Shown here: piece by piece, positions 37,297 through 46,709 of the stretch
Layout: each line of letters starts with the position of its first letter
How positions within the stretch are numbered: position 1 is the first letter of the stretch
NCBI GenBank assembly: GCA_001788295.1
Contig: MGBO01000021.1
Location: forward strand, 13,906-66,410
DNA: 52,505 nucleotides
Source: Candidatus Roizmanbacteria bacterium RIFOXYC1_FULL_41_16
GTDB taxonomy: Bacteria > Patescibacteriota > Microgenomatia > UBA1406
Direction of reading: 5' to 3'
Position numbers and translations under genes: made by a program
The notes under the pieces: generated by a model
What the model saw: the letters and a program-made list of their open reading frames with translations, nothing else
Told to the model about the DNA's origin: nothing
The model's database searches: none

Positions 37297-39847
37297 ACTG
37301 ACTCTGATTACCGTCGTTGGAATTTTTGCCGCACTCATCATAATTGCCCTAAAGCACGCAACCTGGGGAATTGATTTTTGGGACGAGGGCTTTTATGTTG
37401 CTACCGCAATGCGCTATGCTTTCGGCGACATTCCATTTCTGGATGAGTTTGCGACACACATCTATTCGTTTGATAAGCTTATGGCCCCACTTTTTATTCT
37501 TTTTCCCAAAATTACTCTTTTTCAGGTTCGTGTCGTTGGAATAGGCTTTAATTTTTTAAGTCTTTTTTTTCTTTATCAATATCTTAGCCGTTTTGGCCCC
37601 CGGATTTTAGTTTCGCTACTTGTGGTTGCGCTTTTTTTTATTAATAATTTTGCTTTTATTGCTTCACCTTCATATAACTCAGGCGCGTCAAACTTTATTT
37701 TGCTTTCTTTTCTCTGCTTCATGTATTCTCTGGAAATACAACGTTTGTCCCAAATCTTGGCGGTGTTTTCCGGCCTGTTTCTGTTATTCGCTACCATAAG
37801 TTATCTTAGCCAAGGGGCAATGATTGCTATTCCGATTTTTTTTTACGTTGCAATTAGAATTGGCAAGAAACCTCAGTATCAGAAATTTCTCCGGCCTTTG
37901 AAGTTGTTGGTCATCACTTTTTTTGCCGGTTTATCGATATTATTCATTCTTCTTTACACAACGGAACTGCTACCCGTTTTTATTAAGGGCATTATGGACC
38001 AATCGAGCAAACGAGACATTGGCGCTGGTCTGGCGACAAGCAAGATACAGTTGGTTTACTTCTGGTTTGTCAGTGCGCTAAGAAACGGCTTTGCTCTTGT
38101 CTCTGTTCTCGGTCTAAGTTTGGGTATTATCTGGTACAAAACGCGAAACAAACTCGCTAAATTTAGTCTTGTTGATTTAATAACCTCGCTTGGATTGAGT
38201 CTTTTTCTTTTACCGACTTTTATACCAATCGATCCAAGCTTTATAACCCGAACTTTGCCTCTTCTATTCTTTCTTCTTTTTCTGCTTATAGTTTCGGCGT
38301 TTTCAAGAAAATATTCACGGCTAGTTTCAATTTTACTTCTTTTGGGATACCTAGGCGGTTTGCTTTATCACCCGGAAACCGCAGCCACTCTCGGAGGCCC
38401 AATTCAAGCCCTGGTGCCGCTGTCGGCATTTCTTTTTTTCTTCTATTCCCTTCGGCTTGTCCCGCTTACAGTCTTTCTTTCCCTTTTTCTGTTTATTTTC
38501 TTTAAAAAAACCGACGAAGCTCTTGGTATTTTGCACCTGACAAATTCCTTTGCCATTAGTTCCTGTTTGCTGTTAATTACTCAAGGTATTTGGGCTAATA
38601 ATAAAAAGGGGGTTCTCTTGGATTCTTGGAGGTCTGGTTTGATAGCCGCCTTTGTCTGGTTTACCGGAGCTGGATTAATATTTTCCTTTTCTTCATTTTC
38701 GGGCTATTCGCGGATGATTCAAGGAGCGGCACCGCTTTTTGCTTTTGCCTTTGTTGGTATTTGGAGAATGATTAACAACTATTGGACTAAGACCAGAGAA
38801 GTGGCTATTCATTTTTCCTGGCAGATTCCGATTTTCGGTATTTTGCTTCTTTTCTTATCTTCGGGCTTCAAATATTATTTTTTTCAGGTTAATAATGAAT
38901 ATTATGATCGAGCCACCGCAAAATTCAAATACCCACCAACAATTGCCGGTATTTACTCAACTCCGCAGAAAGTTGAAGCCATAGAAGACCTTATGTTTTA
39001 TCTGAAGGGCAAAGTTAACCCAGGCGACTATTTTCTTACCTATTATTACGATCCTCTTTTATACTTTATTACTAAAACCAGGCCAAGCTATCGTGAAGTT
39101 CTGGCTCAGGAAGACTACACTCCATATGATACCAGAGTGGAAATGGTAAGAAATATTAAGCTTAGAAATAAAATGCCGAATTATGTAGTTAAATTCATGG
39201 TTCACCAGGGCTCGGTATTCAAAAACCCGGTTCACAATATCTGCGAAAACAACGAACGTTGCCCAATTGATGTTTTTGTGAGCAACAACTATTATGTGGA
39301 AAAATCTCTTTATCCTTTTGAGGTCTGGCACAGAGGTAAAGGACCGAAGTTAAAATTATGGCAAACTCAAAAACCGATTTGGGAAGTTGACTTAAACGAT
39401 TTTTTGAGTCCATACAATTCATCACTCTTCTTTTCGCATCAGAATTTTGCTGCTTTTTTAAAAGTAGATAAAGCTGCTTTCATTCATATTGTTCCAGACA
39501 AGAACAGATCAGCTCTAACTTTAAGTTACGTGCCAAATACGCTGCAAAAAATAAATGTTAAAGCCGGAGATCGGATGGTTTTAACAGTCAGAGCTCGGAT
39601 TGGCCGGAAAGAAAAAGAGTACAATGCTATTCGCGGGTACCTATATATCAATGAAGAACTCCCCGATGGAATCGAGAAAAACGATATTGCCATTTCTACA
39701 CCGGGATGGGACGAATATATCGTTTCCAAAAAAATCCGCAACCTTAAAAATCCGGTCGAATTTGTACTTCAGTGGCTACCAGGTTCAAGCAATGATTATC
39801 TAGACATTGAGTGGATGAGACTCTACCTAGAAAGTCGCCATAATTAA
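37286..39847 (+). CDS. GT-C (ArnT/PMT-like) membrane glycosyltransferase with C-terminal external domain
   Basis: DFWDEGFY after TM1, A.R...G.IP..D, many TMs, LYFITKTRP; ends with DYLDIEWMRL (jelly-roll-like terminal strand). Confidence 0.65.
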   Translation: MKNKLTLITVVGIFAALIIIALKHATWGIDFWDEGFYVATAMRYAFGDIPFLDEFATHIYSFDKLMAPLFILFPKITLFQVRVVGIGFNFLSLFFLYQYLSRFGPRILVSLLVVALFFINNFAFIASPSYNSGASNFILLSFLCFMYSLEIQRLSQILAVFSGLFLLFATISYLSQGAMIAIPIFFYVAIRIGKKPQYQKFLRPLKLLVITFFAGLSILFILLYTTELLPVFIKGIMDQSSKRDIGAGLATSKIQLVYFWFVSALRNGFALVSVLGLSLGIIWYKTRNKLAKFSLVDLITSLGLSLFLLPTFIPIDPSFITRTLPLLFFLLFLLIVSAFSRKYSRLVSILLLLGYLGGLLYHPETAATLGGPIQALVPLSAFLFFFYSLRLVPLTVFLSLFLFIFFKKTDEALGILHLTNSFAISSCLLLITQGIWANNKKGVLLDSWRSGLIAAFVWFTGAGLIFSFSSFSGYSRMIQGAAPLFAFAFVGIWRMINNYWTKTREVAIHFSWQIPIFGILLLFLSSGFKYYFFQVNNEYYDRATAKFKYPPTIAGIYSTPQKVEAIEDLMFYLKGKVNPGDYFLTYYYDPLLYFITKTRPSYREVLAQEDYTPYDTRVEMVRNIKLRNKMPNYVVKFMVHQGSVFKNPVHNICENNERCPIDVFVSNNYYVEKSLYPFEVWHRGKGPKLKLWQTQKPIWEVDLNDFLSPYNSSLFFSHQNFAAFLKVDKAAFIHIVPDKNRSALTLSYVPNTLQKINVKAGDRMVLTVRARIGRKEKEYNAIRGYLYINEELPDGIEKNDIAISTPGWDEYIVSKKIRNLKNPVEFVLQWLPGSSNDYLDIEWMRLYLESRHN

Positions 39848-39873
39848 TATTATAATGTTTAAGTTTTAAGTAA

Positions 39874-40788
39874 ATGGCAAACAAAAAATCAGTCAGAATA
39901 TTAATCACCGGAGCGCATGGCTTTATTGGTCAATCCATGTACAAATTCTTATCTCAAAAGTCCGAGTTTAAGATTACTAACACGAATCGTTCTCAAGATC
40001 TTAGAGATTTTGAGATTTGTCTTAAACTAACAAAAAATCAAGATCACATATATCATTTCGCTGCCAGTATGGGCGGGATTGGTTTTTTCTCTCAGCAGCA
40101 TTACTATCCAGCTCTGGATAATTTTACAATTGATATCAATCTCTTGAGGGCGGCTGAGGCAAACGGCGTCAAAAGAATTTTTTATCCCTCTTCAGCTTGC
40201 GCATATCCGGTCTACCGTATGAATGAAGGGGCTTTGCTTTCTGAGAAAATGCTCTCTGAACCGGCGGATCCAGATCAGATGTATGGTTGGCAAAAGTTGA
40301 CAATGTTGAAGTTGCTGGAATATTCACCTCTGGATTGCCGAGTAGGACTTCTCCATACTATCTACGGCCCGGGACAATCATATAAGGGGATCAAAGCCAA
40401 ATTCCCACCCCAGATTGCATACAAGGCAATTGTTGCTCAAAAGTCTCACGAAATCAGTGTCTGGGGAAACGGCAAGCAAACTCGTACTTTTCTGTATATC
40501 AACGACGCCGTTCGAAAAATCTATGAAGTTATGAATAAAAAAAAATATTTCGGTCCAGTAAATATTGGCAGCAGTAAAGAAGTCACCGTCAACGAAGTAG
40601 TCGAAATTTGTTGTCAAATCCTCAATATAAAACCAAAAATTATTCATGATTTGGATAAGCCGGTTGGGCCACTTAGGCGCCGTTGCAGTAATCGTAAATT
40701 TAATCAACACTACAAAACAGGGGAAGAAACTTCTCTCAAGGAGGGATTCAGAAGGATTATCAATCATATTCTAAATACAGAAACATAA
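39874..40788 (+). CDS. NAD-dependent epimerase, GDP-mannose 3,5-epimerase-like
   Basis: ITGAHGFIG, HFAASMGGIGF, FYPSSACAYP, YGWQK, IYGP, VWGNGKQTRTFLYIND. Confidence 0.75.
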   Translation: MANKKSVRILITGAHGFIGQSMYKFLSQKSEFKITNTNRSQDLRDFEICLKLTKNQDHIYHFAASMGGIGFFSQQHYYPALDNFTIDINLLRAAEANGVKRIFYPSSACAYPVYRMNEGALLSEKMLSEPADPDQMYGWQKLTMLKLLEYSPLDCRVGLLHTIYGPGQSYKGIKAKFPPQIAYKAIVAQKSHEISVWGNGKQTRTFLYINDAVRKIYEVMNKKKYFGPVNIGSSKEVTVNEVVEICCQILNIKPKIIHDLDKPVGPLRRRCSNRKFNQHYKTGEETSLKEGFRRIINHILNTET

Positions 40789-40791
40789 AGA

Positions 40792-41499
40792 ATGGTTAAA
40801 TCCAAATTAGAACTTTCAGTCATTTTTCCGGTCTATAACGAGCGTCATACAATCGAAACCGTTATTAGGGAGTGGCGAAAGGAACTAAGACGTCTTAGGA
40901 TTAATTTCCAGATTATTATTTGTGAAGACGGCTCATCAGACGGCACTTCTCAGTTTTTAAAAAAAATTAGCAGTAAATATAAACTACTTCTTAATCAAAA
41001 GAAAACCCGGCGCGGATATGGACAGGCAGTCATCGACGGAATAAAGTTGGCAACCAGTGAATATATTCTTTCTGTCGATTCGGACGGTCAGTGTGATCCT
41101 AAGGATTTAAGTAAGTTTTGGCAGCGGCGGCTGGAAGCGGAAGTTCTTATTGGTTGGCGCAAAAACCGTGCCGACGCTCTGCAACGAAAAATATTTTCTC
41201 AGTTATTCAAGCTCGTCTGTATAATTCTCTTTAAACCACCAGTTCACGACCCTTCTGCGCCCTTTGTTCTATATAGGCGAAGTATAATAAAGCCAAATTT
41301 AAAGTACTTAAAGTATTTGAGTGAAGGTTTCTGGTGGGGATTTGTCGGTATGTGTACTAAAAAGGGGCTAAAACTGTCAGAAGAGCCAATTAACCATCGA
41401 TCACGTTTTAACGGCCAAACGGTTGTTTTTAAACTTAAGAAAATTCCTTCAATTGCGTTAAGAAACATTATCGGTTTATTTCGTTTAAAGTTTGCCTAG
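40792..41499 (+). CDS. GT2 polyprenol-phosphate glycosyltransferase (DPM synthase-like)
   Basis: PVYNE, EDGSSDGT, RGYGQA, DSDGQ, IGWR..R.D, HRSR..G. Confidence 0.85.
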   Translation: MVKSKLELSVIFPVYNERHTIETVIREWRKELRRLRINFQIIICEDGSSDGTSQFLKKISSKYKLLLNQKKTRRGYGQAVIDGIKLATSEYILSVDSDGQCDPKDLSKFWQRRLEAEVLIGWRKNRADALQRKIFSQLFKLVCIILFKPPVHDPSAPFVLYRRSIIKPNLKYLKYLSEGFWWGFVGMCTKKGLKLSEEPINHRSRFNGQTVVFKLKKIPSIALRNIIGLFRLKFA

Positions 41500-41514
41500 A
41501 ATTAATTTTTATTA

Positions 41515-42594
41515 ATGTTGAATAACACCAGAAGCAAACATTATCGAAAACTTCTTCAGGGCTTCCTGATTATTGTATTATTTGATTTGTTTTTACTCGA
41601 AATTCTAGTAAGAATTATTGTCTCTTTAAAACCCGTTTCATTAAGTTATTCTGTTGATCTTGATTGGAAATCACAAATAGTGGGGGAGTCGCTGATTAAC
41701 CGGCAGTCGCCCTACATTCTGGCCATGGGCTCCTCAATAACCAACCAAAATCTAAATCCTGAACTTCTGCAATATGAACTGCAGAAAGTCAATCCAGAGC
41801 TCGCGGTTTTTAATCTTGCTCACAGCGGAGGAACTGTCGAATCCAATCTGTATCTCTTAAAAAAAGTGCTTGCCACAAGTAGCAAACCTCTGCTGATTAT
41901 TTATGATTATCCCGTTCCCTGGCAATTTAATGGTGGCTACCTTTCAAAACCCGACAGTACCCTTAATCATTTTTATAATTACTACACTGGCCGTTGTTTA
42001 TCTTCTATCAAAAGAGACTTTTCAACACGGCTCGAGTGCGGCGTTAAAAAATACTCTTATCTTTATCGACACTGGCACGATCTACCAGTAATCTTGAGCA
42101 AATTTCCAAAATTAATTTTCAAACCTGAAACAAATATATTATTCACAGATTCCGGAAATATTTCCAGAAACGGCTGGATTCCTCGATATATTCATCTCTC
42201 ACAGAATGCTTTTGACAGTTACTATTCACCTCGCGGGATTAACTTTAATCAGCGGGAAAAGGGAATAAAGTATCTTTTTTCAGACTTTAGTTTTGATTCT
42301 TCTCACTTCGAAAAGTTAGTGAAGTTCACTCAGGCTCAACAAATTCCTATTCTTATTGTCTGGTATCCTGAGCACCCGCTTAGTCTTGATTATTTTAAGA
42401 AATACCAAGTTAAACGGTCGCTTTTTAATGAATATTTAACAGAACTTGAAAAAAAAGATCAAGTAGACTCGCTAAATTTAAGCGACAGCCTTAATTCCCA
42501 AAGATACTATTCCGACCCTGATCACCTCAATACCTTGGGCGCAAATAAGTTTACCCTGACTATTGCTCAATACTTAATTCAATCAGTCTTATGA
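41515..42594 (+). CDS. Membrane-anchored SGNH-like acyltransferase/esterase (DltD/AlgX/AlgJ-like)
   Basis: N-terminal TM, MGSS block I, FNLAHSGG block II, C-terminal YSDPDHLN (DxxH). Confidence 0.75.
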   Translation: MLNNTRSKHYRKLLQGFLIIVLFDLFLLEILVRIIVSLKPVSLSYSVDLDWKSQIVGESLINRQSPYILAMGSSITNQNLNPELLQYELQKVNPELAVFNLAHSGGTVESNLYLLKKVLATSSKPLLIIYDYPVPWQFNGGYLSKPDSTLNHFYNYYTGRCLSSIKRDFSTRLECGVKKYSYLYRHWHDLPVILSKFPKLIFKPETNILFTDSGNISRNGWIPRYIHLSQNAFDSYYSPRGINFNQREKGIKYLFSDFSFDSSHFEKLVKFTQAQQIPILIVWYPEHPLSLDYFKKYQVKRSLFNEYLTELEKKDQVDSLNLSDSLNSQRYYSDPDHLNTLGANKFTLTIAQYLIQSVL

Positions 42595-43937
42595 ATTTTC
42601 TCACTTTGAAATTTTTGATATTTTTTTTGAGCACATATTTTATATTTTTAAAAGCCTGGCCCAAATGGCGTGTTCCTTTTTTAATGATTGTTAGCTTTGT
42701 CTTTTATGCAAGTTCAAGCTTGAATTATTTTTTTTTGCTGTTGTTGTTGTCAATTGTTAACTATCTGTTGGGAAGGTTGCTATTCAATGCCTCAACCGGG
42801 CGACGACAGATACTAGCTCTCTCGATTGCTCTCAACTTAGTCGTGCTGATTTTTTTTAAGTATCTTGCATTTTTTCTGAATATTGTTAGTTTTACTTTCT
42901 TGCCGAGTCTGTCCCTGCCTTTAGGTATTTCTTTTTTTACCTTCGAGGCGATTAGCTATCAGGTTGATATCTATAGAGGAAAACCAGCGGCTCCTACTTG
43001 GCTGAGTTATTTTCTGTACATTTTTTATTTTCCTCATCTTATCTCAGGACCCATTATCCGTTTCAACGAACTCTATCTGCAAACAAGAAAAAAACTGTCT
43101 TTACCCTCATATAAGCGACTAAGGAGGGGATTAGTATTAATCGCACTTGGCTTTGCCTATAAGGCGCTTATCGCAGACTCACTCACTCCTCTTGTTGATC
43201 CTGTTTTTAAGAACCCGGACCAGTTTAACTGGCTCTCTATCATTACGGCTATCTTTGCCTTTGGCAATCAAATCTATTTTGATTTTCTCGGTTATACAGA
43301 AATAGCTCGAGGCTTATCGCTACTCTTTAATATTACTCTTCCTCTAAACTTTGACTTTCCTTATCGATCACAAAGTATTACCGAGTTTTGGCGCCGCTGG
43401 CACATCTCACTTTCCGCCTGGATACGGGATTATCTTTATATTCCTCTTGGCGGTTCCCGTTCGGGCAAGGCCCGTACCTACTTTAACTTAATCGCAGTTA
43501 TGACAATTGTTGGTTTTTGGCATGGCGCCAACTGGAATTTTATTTTTTGGGGCTTATATCACGGACTTTTATTGGTGATTGAACGAAGATTTCCTGCTAA
43601 GTCACATCTATTTAGCCGATTTTGGCCGTTTATTCGAACTTATCTTTTGGTTAACTTTGGCTGGCTCATTTTTAGAAGTAACTCTCTTGCCAGCTTTCTA
43701 AACATGCTCCATGGACTGGTCGACTTGCAACTCTCGGCGCTTAGCGTCAGTTCAATGTTTGTTCTGTTATTACTTGTTTCACTCTCGTTCGGCCAAAAAT
43801 ACTTTCTCGCTGGTTTGAGCCATCTCTTTAAGCCTTTCCCGGATTATGCTAAAGTAATGTTGGGAATGATGATTGTTATAATTTGGCTTTTGCTGCAAAC
43901 AGATGTTGTCAAACCGTTTATCTATTTTAATTTTTAA
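42591..43937 (+). CDS. MBOAT family O-acyltransferase (AlgI/DltB/PatA-like)
   Basis: LPLGISFFTF, FPHLISGPI.R, QIYFDF.GY, NF..PY, EFWRRWHISLS.W.RDYLYIPLGG, catalytic GFWHGA, C-terminal FIYFNF. Confidence 0.95.
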   Translation: MNFLTLKFLIFFLSTYFIFLKAWPKWRVPFLMIVSFVFYASSSLNYFFLLLLLSIVNYLLGRLLFNASTGRRQILALSIALNLVVLIFFKYLAFFLNIVSFTFLPSLSLPLGISFFTFEAISYQVDIYRGKPAAPTWLSYFLYIFYFPHLISGPIIRFNELYLQTRKKLSLPSYKRLRRGLVLIALGFAYKALIADSLTPLVDPVFKNPDQFNWLSIITAIFAFGNQIYFDFLGYTEIARGLSLLFNITLPLNFDFPYRSQSITEFWRRWHISLSAWIRDYLYIPLGGSRSGKARTYFNLIAVMTIVGFWHGANWNFIFWGLYHGLLLVIERRFPAKSHLFSRFWPFIRTYLLVNFGWLIFRSNSLASFLNMLHGLVDLQLSALSVSSMFVLLLLVSLSFGQKYFLAGLSHLFKPFPDYAKVMLGMMIVIIWLLLQTDVVKPFIYFNF

Positions 43938-45414
43938 GGTAGTTTTGCCGGCTATTATTGCTTTTGGCTTATTCTTCCGCTTGCAGGGGATCTCCAGTAA
44001 TCATTCTTTTTGGTCAGACGAGGCTTATTTGGCAACCAGTGCCAAGAATATTGTGACTGGAAAAGTCGATCTTGTTGATCAGCTAAAAAAGCAGGATTAC
44101 CAGCCCCTTCATTTACTGCTAATTACAACCTCTTTTAAGTTGTTCGGCATCTCAGAGTGGTCAGCCCGTTTATATCCGGCAATTGCAGGCACCTTAGGTA
44201 TAATTTTTGCTTTTTTGTTAACTCGTAAACTGTCCAATCCGGTCGGCGGATTATTGGCGGCTTTTTTTATGGCTTTTTCGCAACTTAATTTGGCTAACTC
44301 TACTCAAGCAAAGCAGTATACGGCTATTCAAACCGGGCTATTAATCATACTTTATAGTATGACTGTTTTGTCAGAGAAAAACCAAAAAATTAACTGGCGT
44401 TTTCATTTCTTGATCACTTTAATCGCTACCATCGGTAGCCTACTGCATTTTTTGGGAATCCTGCTTTGGGTCCCTTATCTGATCTTTATTGTTTTAAACT
44501 ATCATCAAGAGATGATAAGCGTTCTAAAGAAGCCGGCTAAGTTAATCGCTCTCTTTTTTTTACTTATTTGTCTTTCCTTAATTATTAACCTGCCTTTAAT
44601 GGCCAAAACCTTTTTTCGCGGCCAAACCATAAGTGAAATATTTTTCCCTTACAATCACTTAGTTTATTTTTTTCAGCTTTTTGGCAAACAGTATTGGTTA
44701 TTTGTCCTTGTAGCCATATTCGGTTGGATATTTATCTGGCCATCAAATCGTTTTCTGGCGATTTCAATTGCCGGCTATATTGCTATTAGCTTATATCTTT
44801 GGACATTCAAGCACTATACACATAATGTCAGATATGTTGTTCCGCTATTTGGAGTGATTTTTACCTTTGCGGCCGCAGGCTTAGGACTTGTTTATCAACG
44901 TAACAAATCTAAACGGCTGTCAGTATTATTAGTAATTTCTTTTATCTTTCTCGCTATTGTGTCACATAAGCTTGAGCTACAAGCTCGAACCTTTTACAAT
45001 CCGAATTTTGACATTTATGGCGATGTTCAAATCGCCGATTACAAAACCACCTTTCTCTTATTAAAGCAGCATTTTCCCAATCATCAACGTTTAGCGATTA
45101 TCAATGACGTGCCCTTTGCTCAGAATTGGTATTTACCGCAAAAAAAAGCGACTGCTTACTTAACTAAGTTTACCAATATTCCCTATACCAGCAATGTTGA
45201 CGGCGTAATTACTTATGGCCGAGTCTCTGACTTTAAAAAAATTATTAAACAATATCCTCAGGGTTTAGTCATTATCGAAGACTGGCAGAGTTTCTTGCCG
45301 GAATCAGTTAAAATATATGCTAAAGCGCATTTGAATCACGAATTTACGGTTAATAGTTTAGGTGGGACAGAGCACGATCCTTGGCCAGTTTCAATATATT
45401 CCTGGGGATTGTAA
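43903..45414 (+). CDS. GT-C (GT39/GT83, PMT/ArnT-like) membrane glycosyltransferase
   Basis: FR.......SFWSDEA, FG.SEWSAR, STQAKQY, RYVVP; about 11 TMs plus a C-terminal domain. Confidence 0.8.
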   Translation: MLSNRLSILIFKVVLPAIIAFGLFFRLQGISSNHSFWSDEAYLATSAKNIVTGKVDLVDQLKKQDYQPLHLLLITTSFKLFGISEWSARLYPAIAGTLGIIFAFLLTRKLSNPVGGLLAAFFMAFSQLNLANSTQAKQYTAIQTGLLIILYSMTVLSEKNQKINWRFHFLITLIATIGSLLHFLGILLWVPYLIFIVLNYHQEMISVLKKPAKLIALFFLLICLSLIINLPLMAKTFFRGQTISEIFFPYNHLVYFFQLFGKQYWLFVLVAIFGWIFIWPSNRFLAISIAGYIAISLYLWTFKHYTHNVRYVVPLFGVIFTFAAAGLGLVYQRNKSKRLSVLLVISFIFLAIVSHKLELQARTFYNPNFDIYGDVQIADYKTTFLLLKQHFPNHQRLAIINDVPFAQNWYLPQKKATAYLTKFTNIPYTSNVDGVITYGRVSDFKKIIKQYPQGLVIIEDWQSFLPESVKIYAKAHLNHEFTVNSLGGTEHDPWPVSIYSWGL

Positions 45415-45419
45415 GAAAC

Positions 45420-46709
45420 ATGAAAACAAAAAGTATTGCCATTACTTTAATCTTTATCATTTCCACTTTCGTTCAATTAGTTGGACAGATTGTGATTACC
45501 AATGTGTTTGGCGCCGGGTTTAGCCTTGATACATTTTTAGCCGCTGTCGTTATTCCTACCACCGTTGTCACTGTTATTTACGGCACGCTCAATGACGCTT
45601 TTTTACCTTATCTTGGCCGAATGGATAAATCCAAAAACCAAACCGAGACCTATTTTTTTTCTGTTGTTTTTAAGCTGGTTCTTTTTTCTTTGCTTCTGAT
45701 CGCGTTTCGCTTGCCGCTTTCAACATTAATTACAAAACTGATCTATAGTGAACAAACATCTTTGTTTCAAGAGTCTGTCAGGCTCCAGATGTCTTATCTG
45801 TTTATCAGCTTTCCTTTTGCCATTTTGTCAACTCTCTTAGGTACTTATTTTTATGTTCAAAAAAAGTTCTTACGCTTTCCTTTAGTTCAATTAATGGGCA
45901 ACGTATTAAACTTAAGTCTAATTATTATTTTCGCTGACCGGATCGGTTCATTTATTTTGATTATTGGCTTTCTTGCCAGCATTATTTTTCAAGTACTTCT
46001 ACTGATGCCAAAGATTAAATTTAAATTTTCGTTTTGGCAACTTATTAAGGCCTCTAGTTTGAAGCCGATTTTTTTTGCTTGGATCCCGTTAATCATTGGT
46101 AATTTTGCTTTAAGATCCGATACTTTGCTTATTCGAACTTTTGGTTCGACTCTTGAAAGTGGCTCGCTTGTATATCTAAATATTATTGCCAAATTCTTTG
46201 CCTTAGCCACGGGTGTAATTACTATTGGTCTGCAAGTGTTGCTGCTGCCTCGCTTGGTGGAATTACTAAAACAAAAAAAATATGCCGATACTTTTTCATT
46301 AGTCAGAAAAAGTAAACTGGCGGCTTTTTTGGCAACTTTGATCGTCGTTGGGGGACTGGCAATTATAATTCCATTTTTGGTTCAATATCTTTTTGTCGGT
46401 GGTCGCTTCACTGAAACAGATGCCCAAAAAACTATCGCTCTTATTCCATATTTCATCTTACCCGGATTAGGGTGGGGGATGATTAATATTTTTTTTCAAC
46501 CTCTGTTAGCCTTACGCCAACAACCATTATTAGGGATTCTAAATGTTGTCGCCTTAAGTTTGGCAATTGCGATTGGAAAGTATCTTTTGATCGCTCTTAA
46601 TCCGTTAGTGGCGATCTCAGGTTCGTTGATAATTCTCTTATTTGTTGGCATAATTGGAAGTGAAATACTATGGCAAAGAGAGAAGCAAAAACTGACGCGG
46701 TCCAATTAA
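45420..46709 (+). CDS. murJ: MurJ/MviN-like lipid-linked oligosaccharide flippase
   Basis: FGAG...D.F.AA..IP, G.LNDAFLP, GGRFT..DA..T. Start moved to ATG 45420. Confidence 0.75.
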   Translation: MKTKSIAITLIFIISTFVQLVGQIVITNVFGAGFSLDTFLAAVVIPTTVVTVIYGTLNDAFLPYLGRMDKSKNQTETYFFSVVFKLVLFSLLLIAFRLPLSTLITKLIYSEQTSLFQESVRLQMSYLFISFPFAILSTLLGTYFYVQKKFLRFPLVQLMGNVLNLSLIIIFADRIGSFILIIGFLASIIFQVLLLMPKIKFKFSFWQLIKASSLKPIFFAWIPLIIGNFALRSDTLLIRTFGSTLESGSLVYLNIIAKFFALATGVITIGLQVLLLPRLVELLKQKKYADTFSLVRKSKLAAFLATLIVVGGLAIIIPFLVQYLFVGGRFTETDAQKTIALIPYFILPGLGWGMINIFFQPLLALRQQPLLGILNVVALSLAIAIGKYLLIALNPLVAISGSLIILLFVGIIGSEILWQREKQKLTRSN

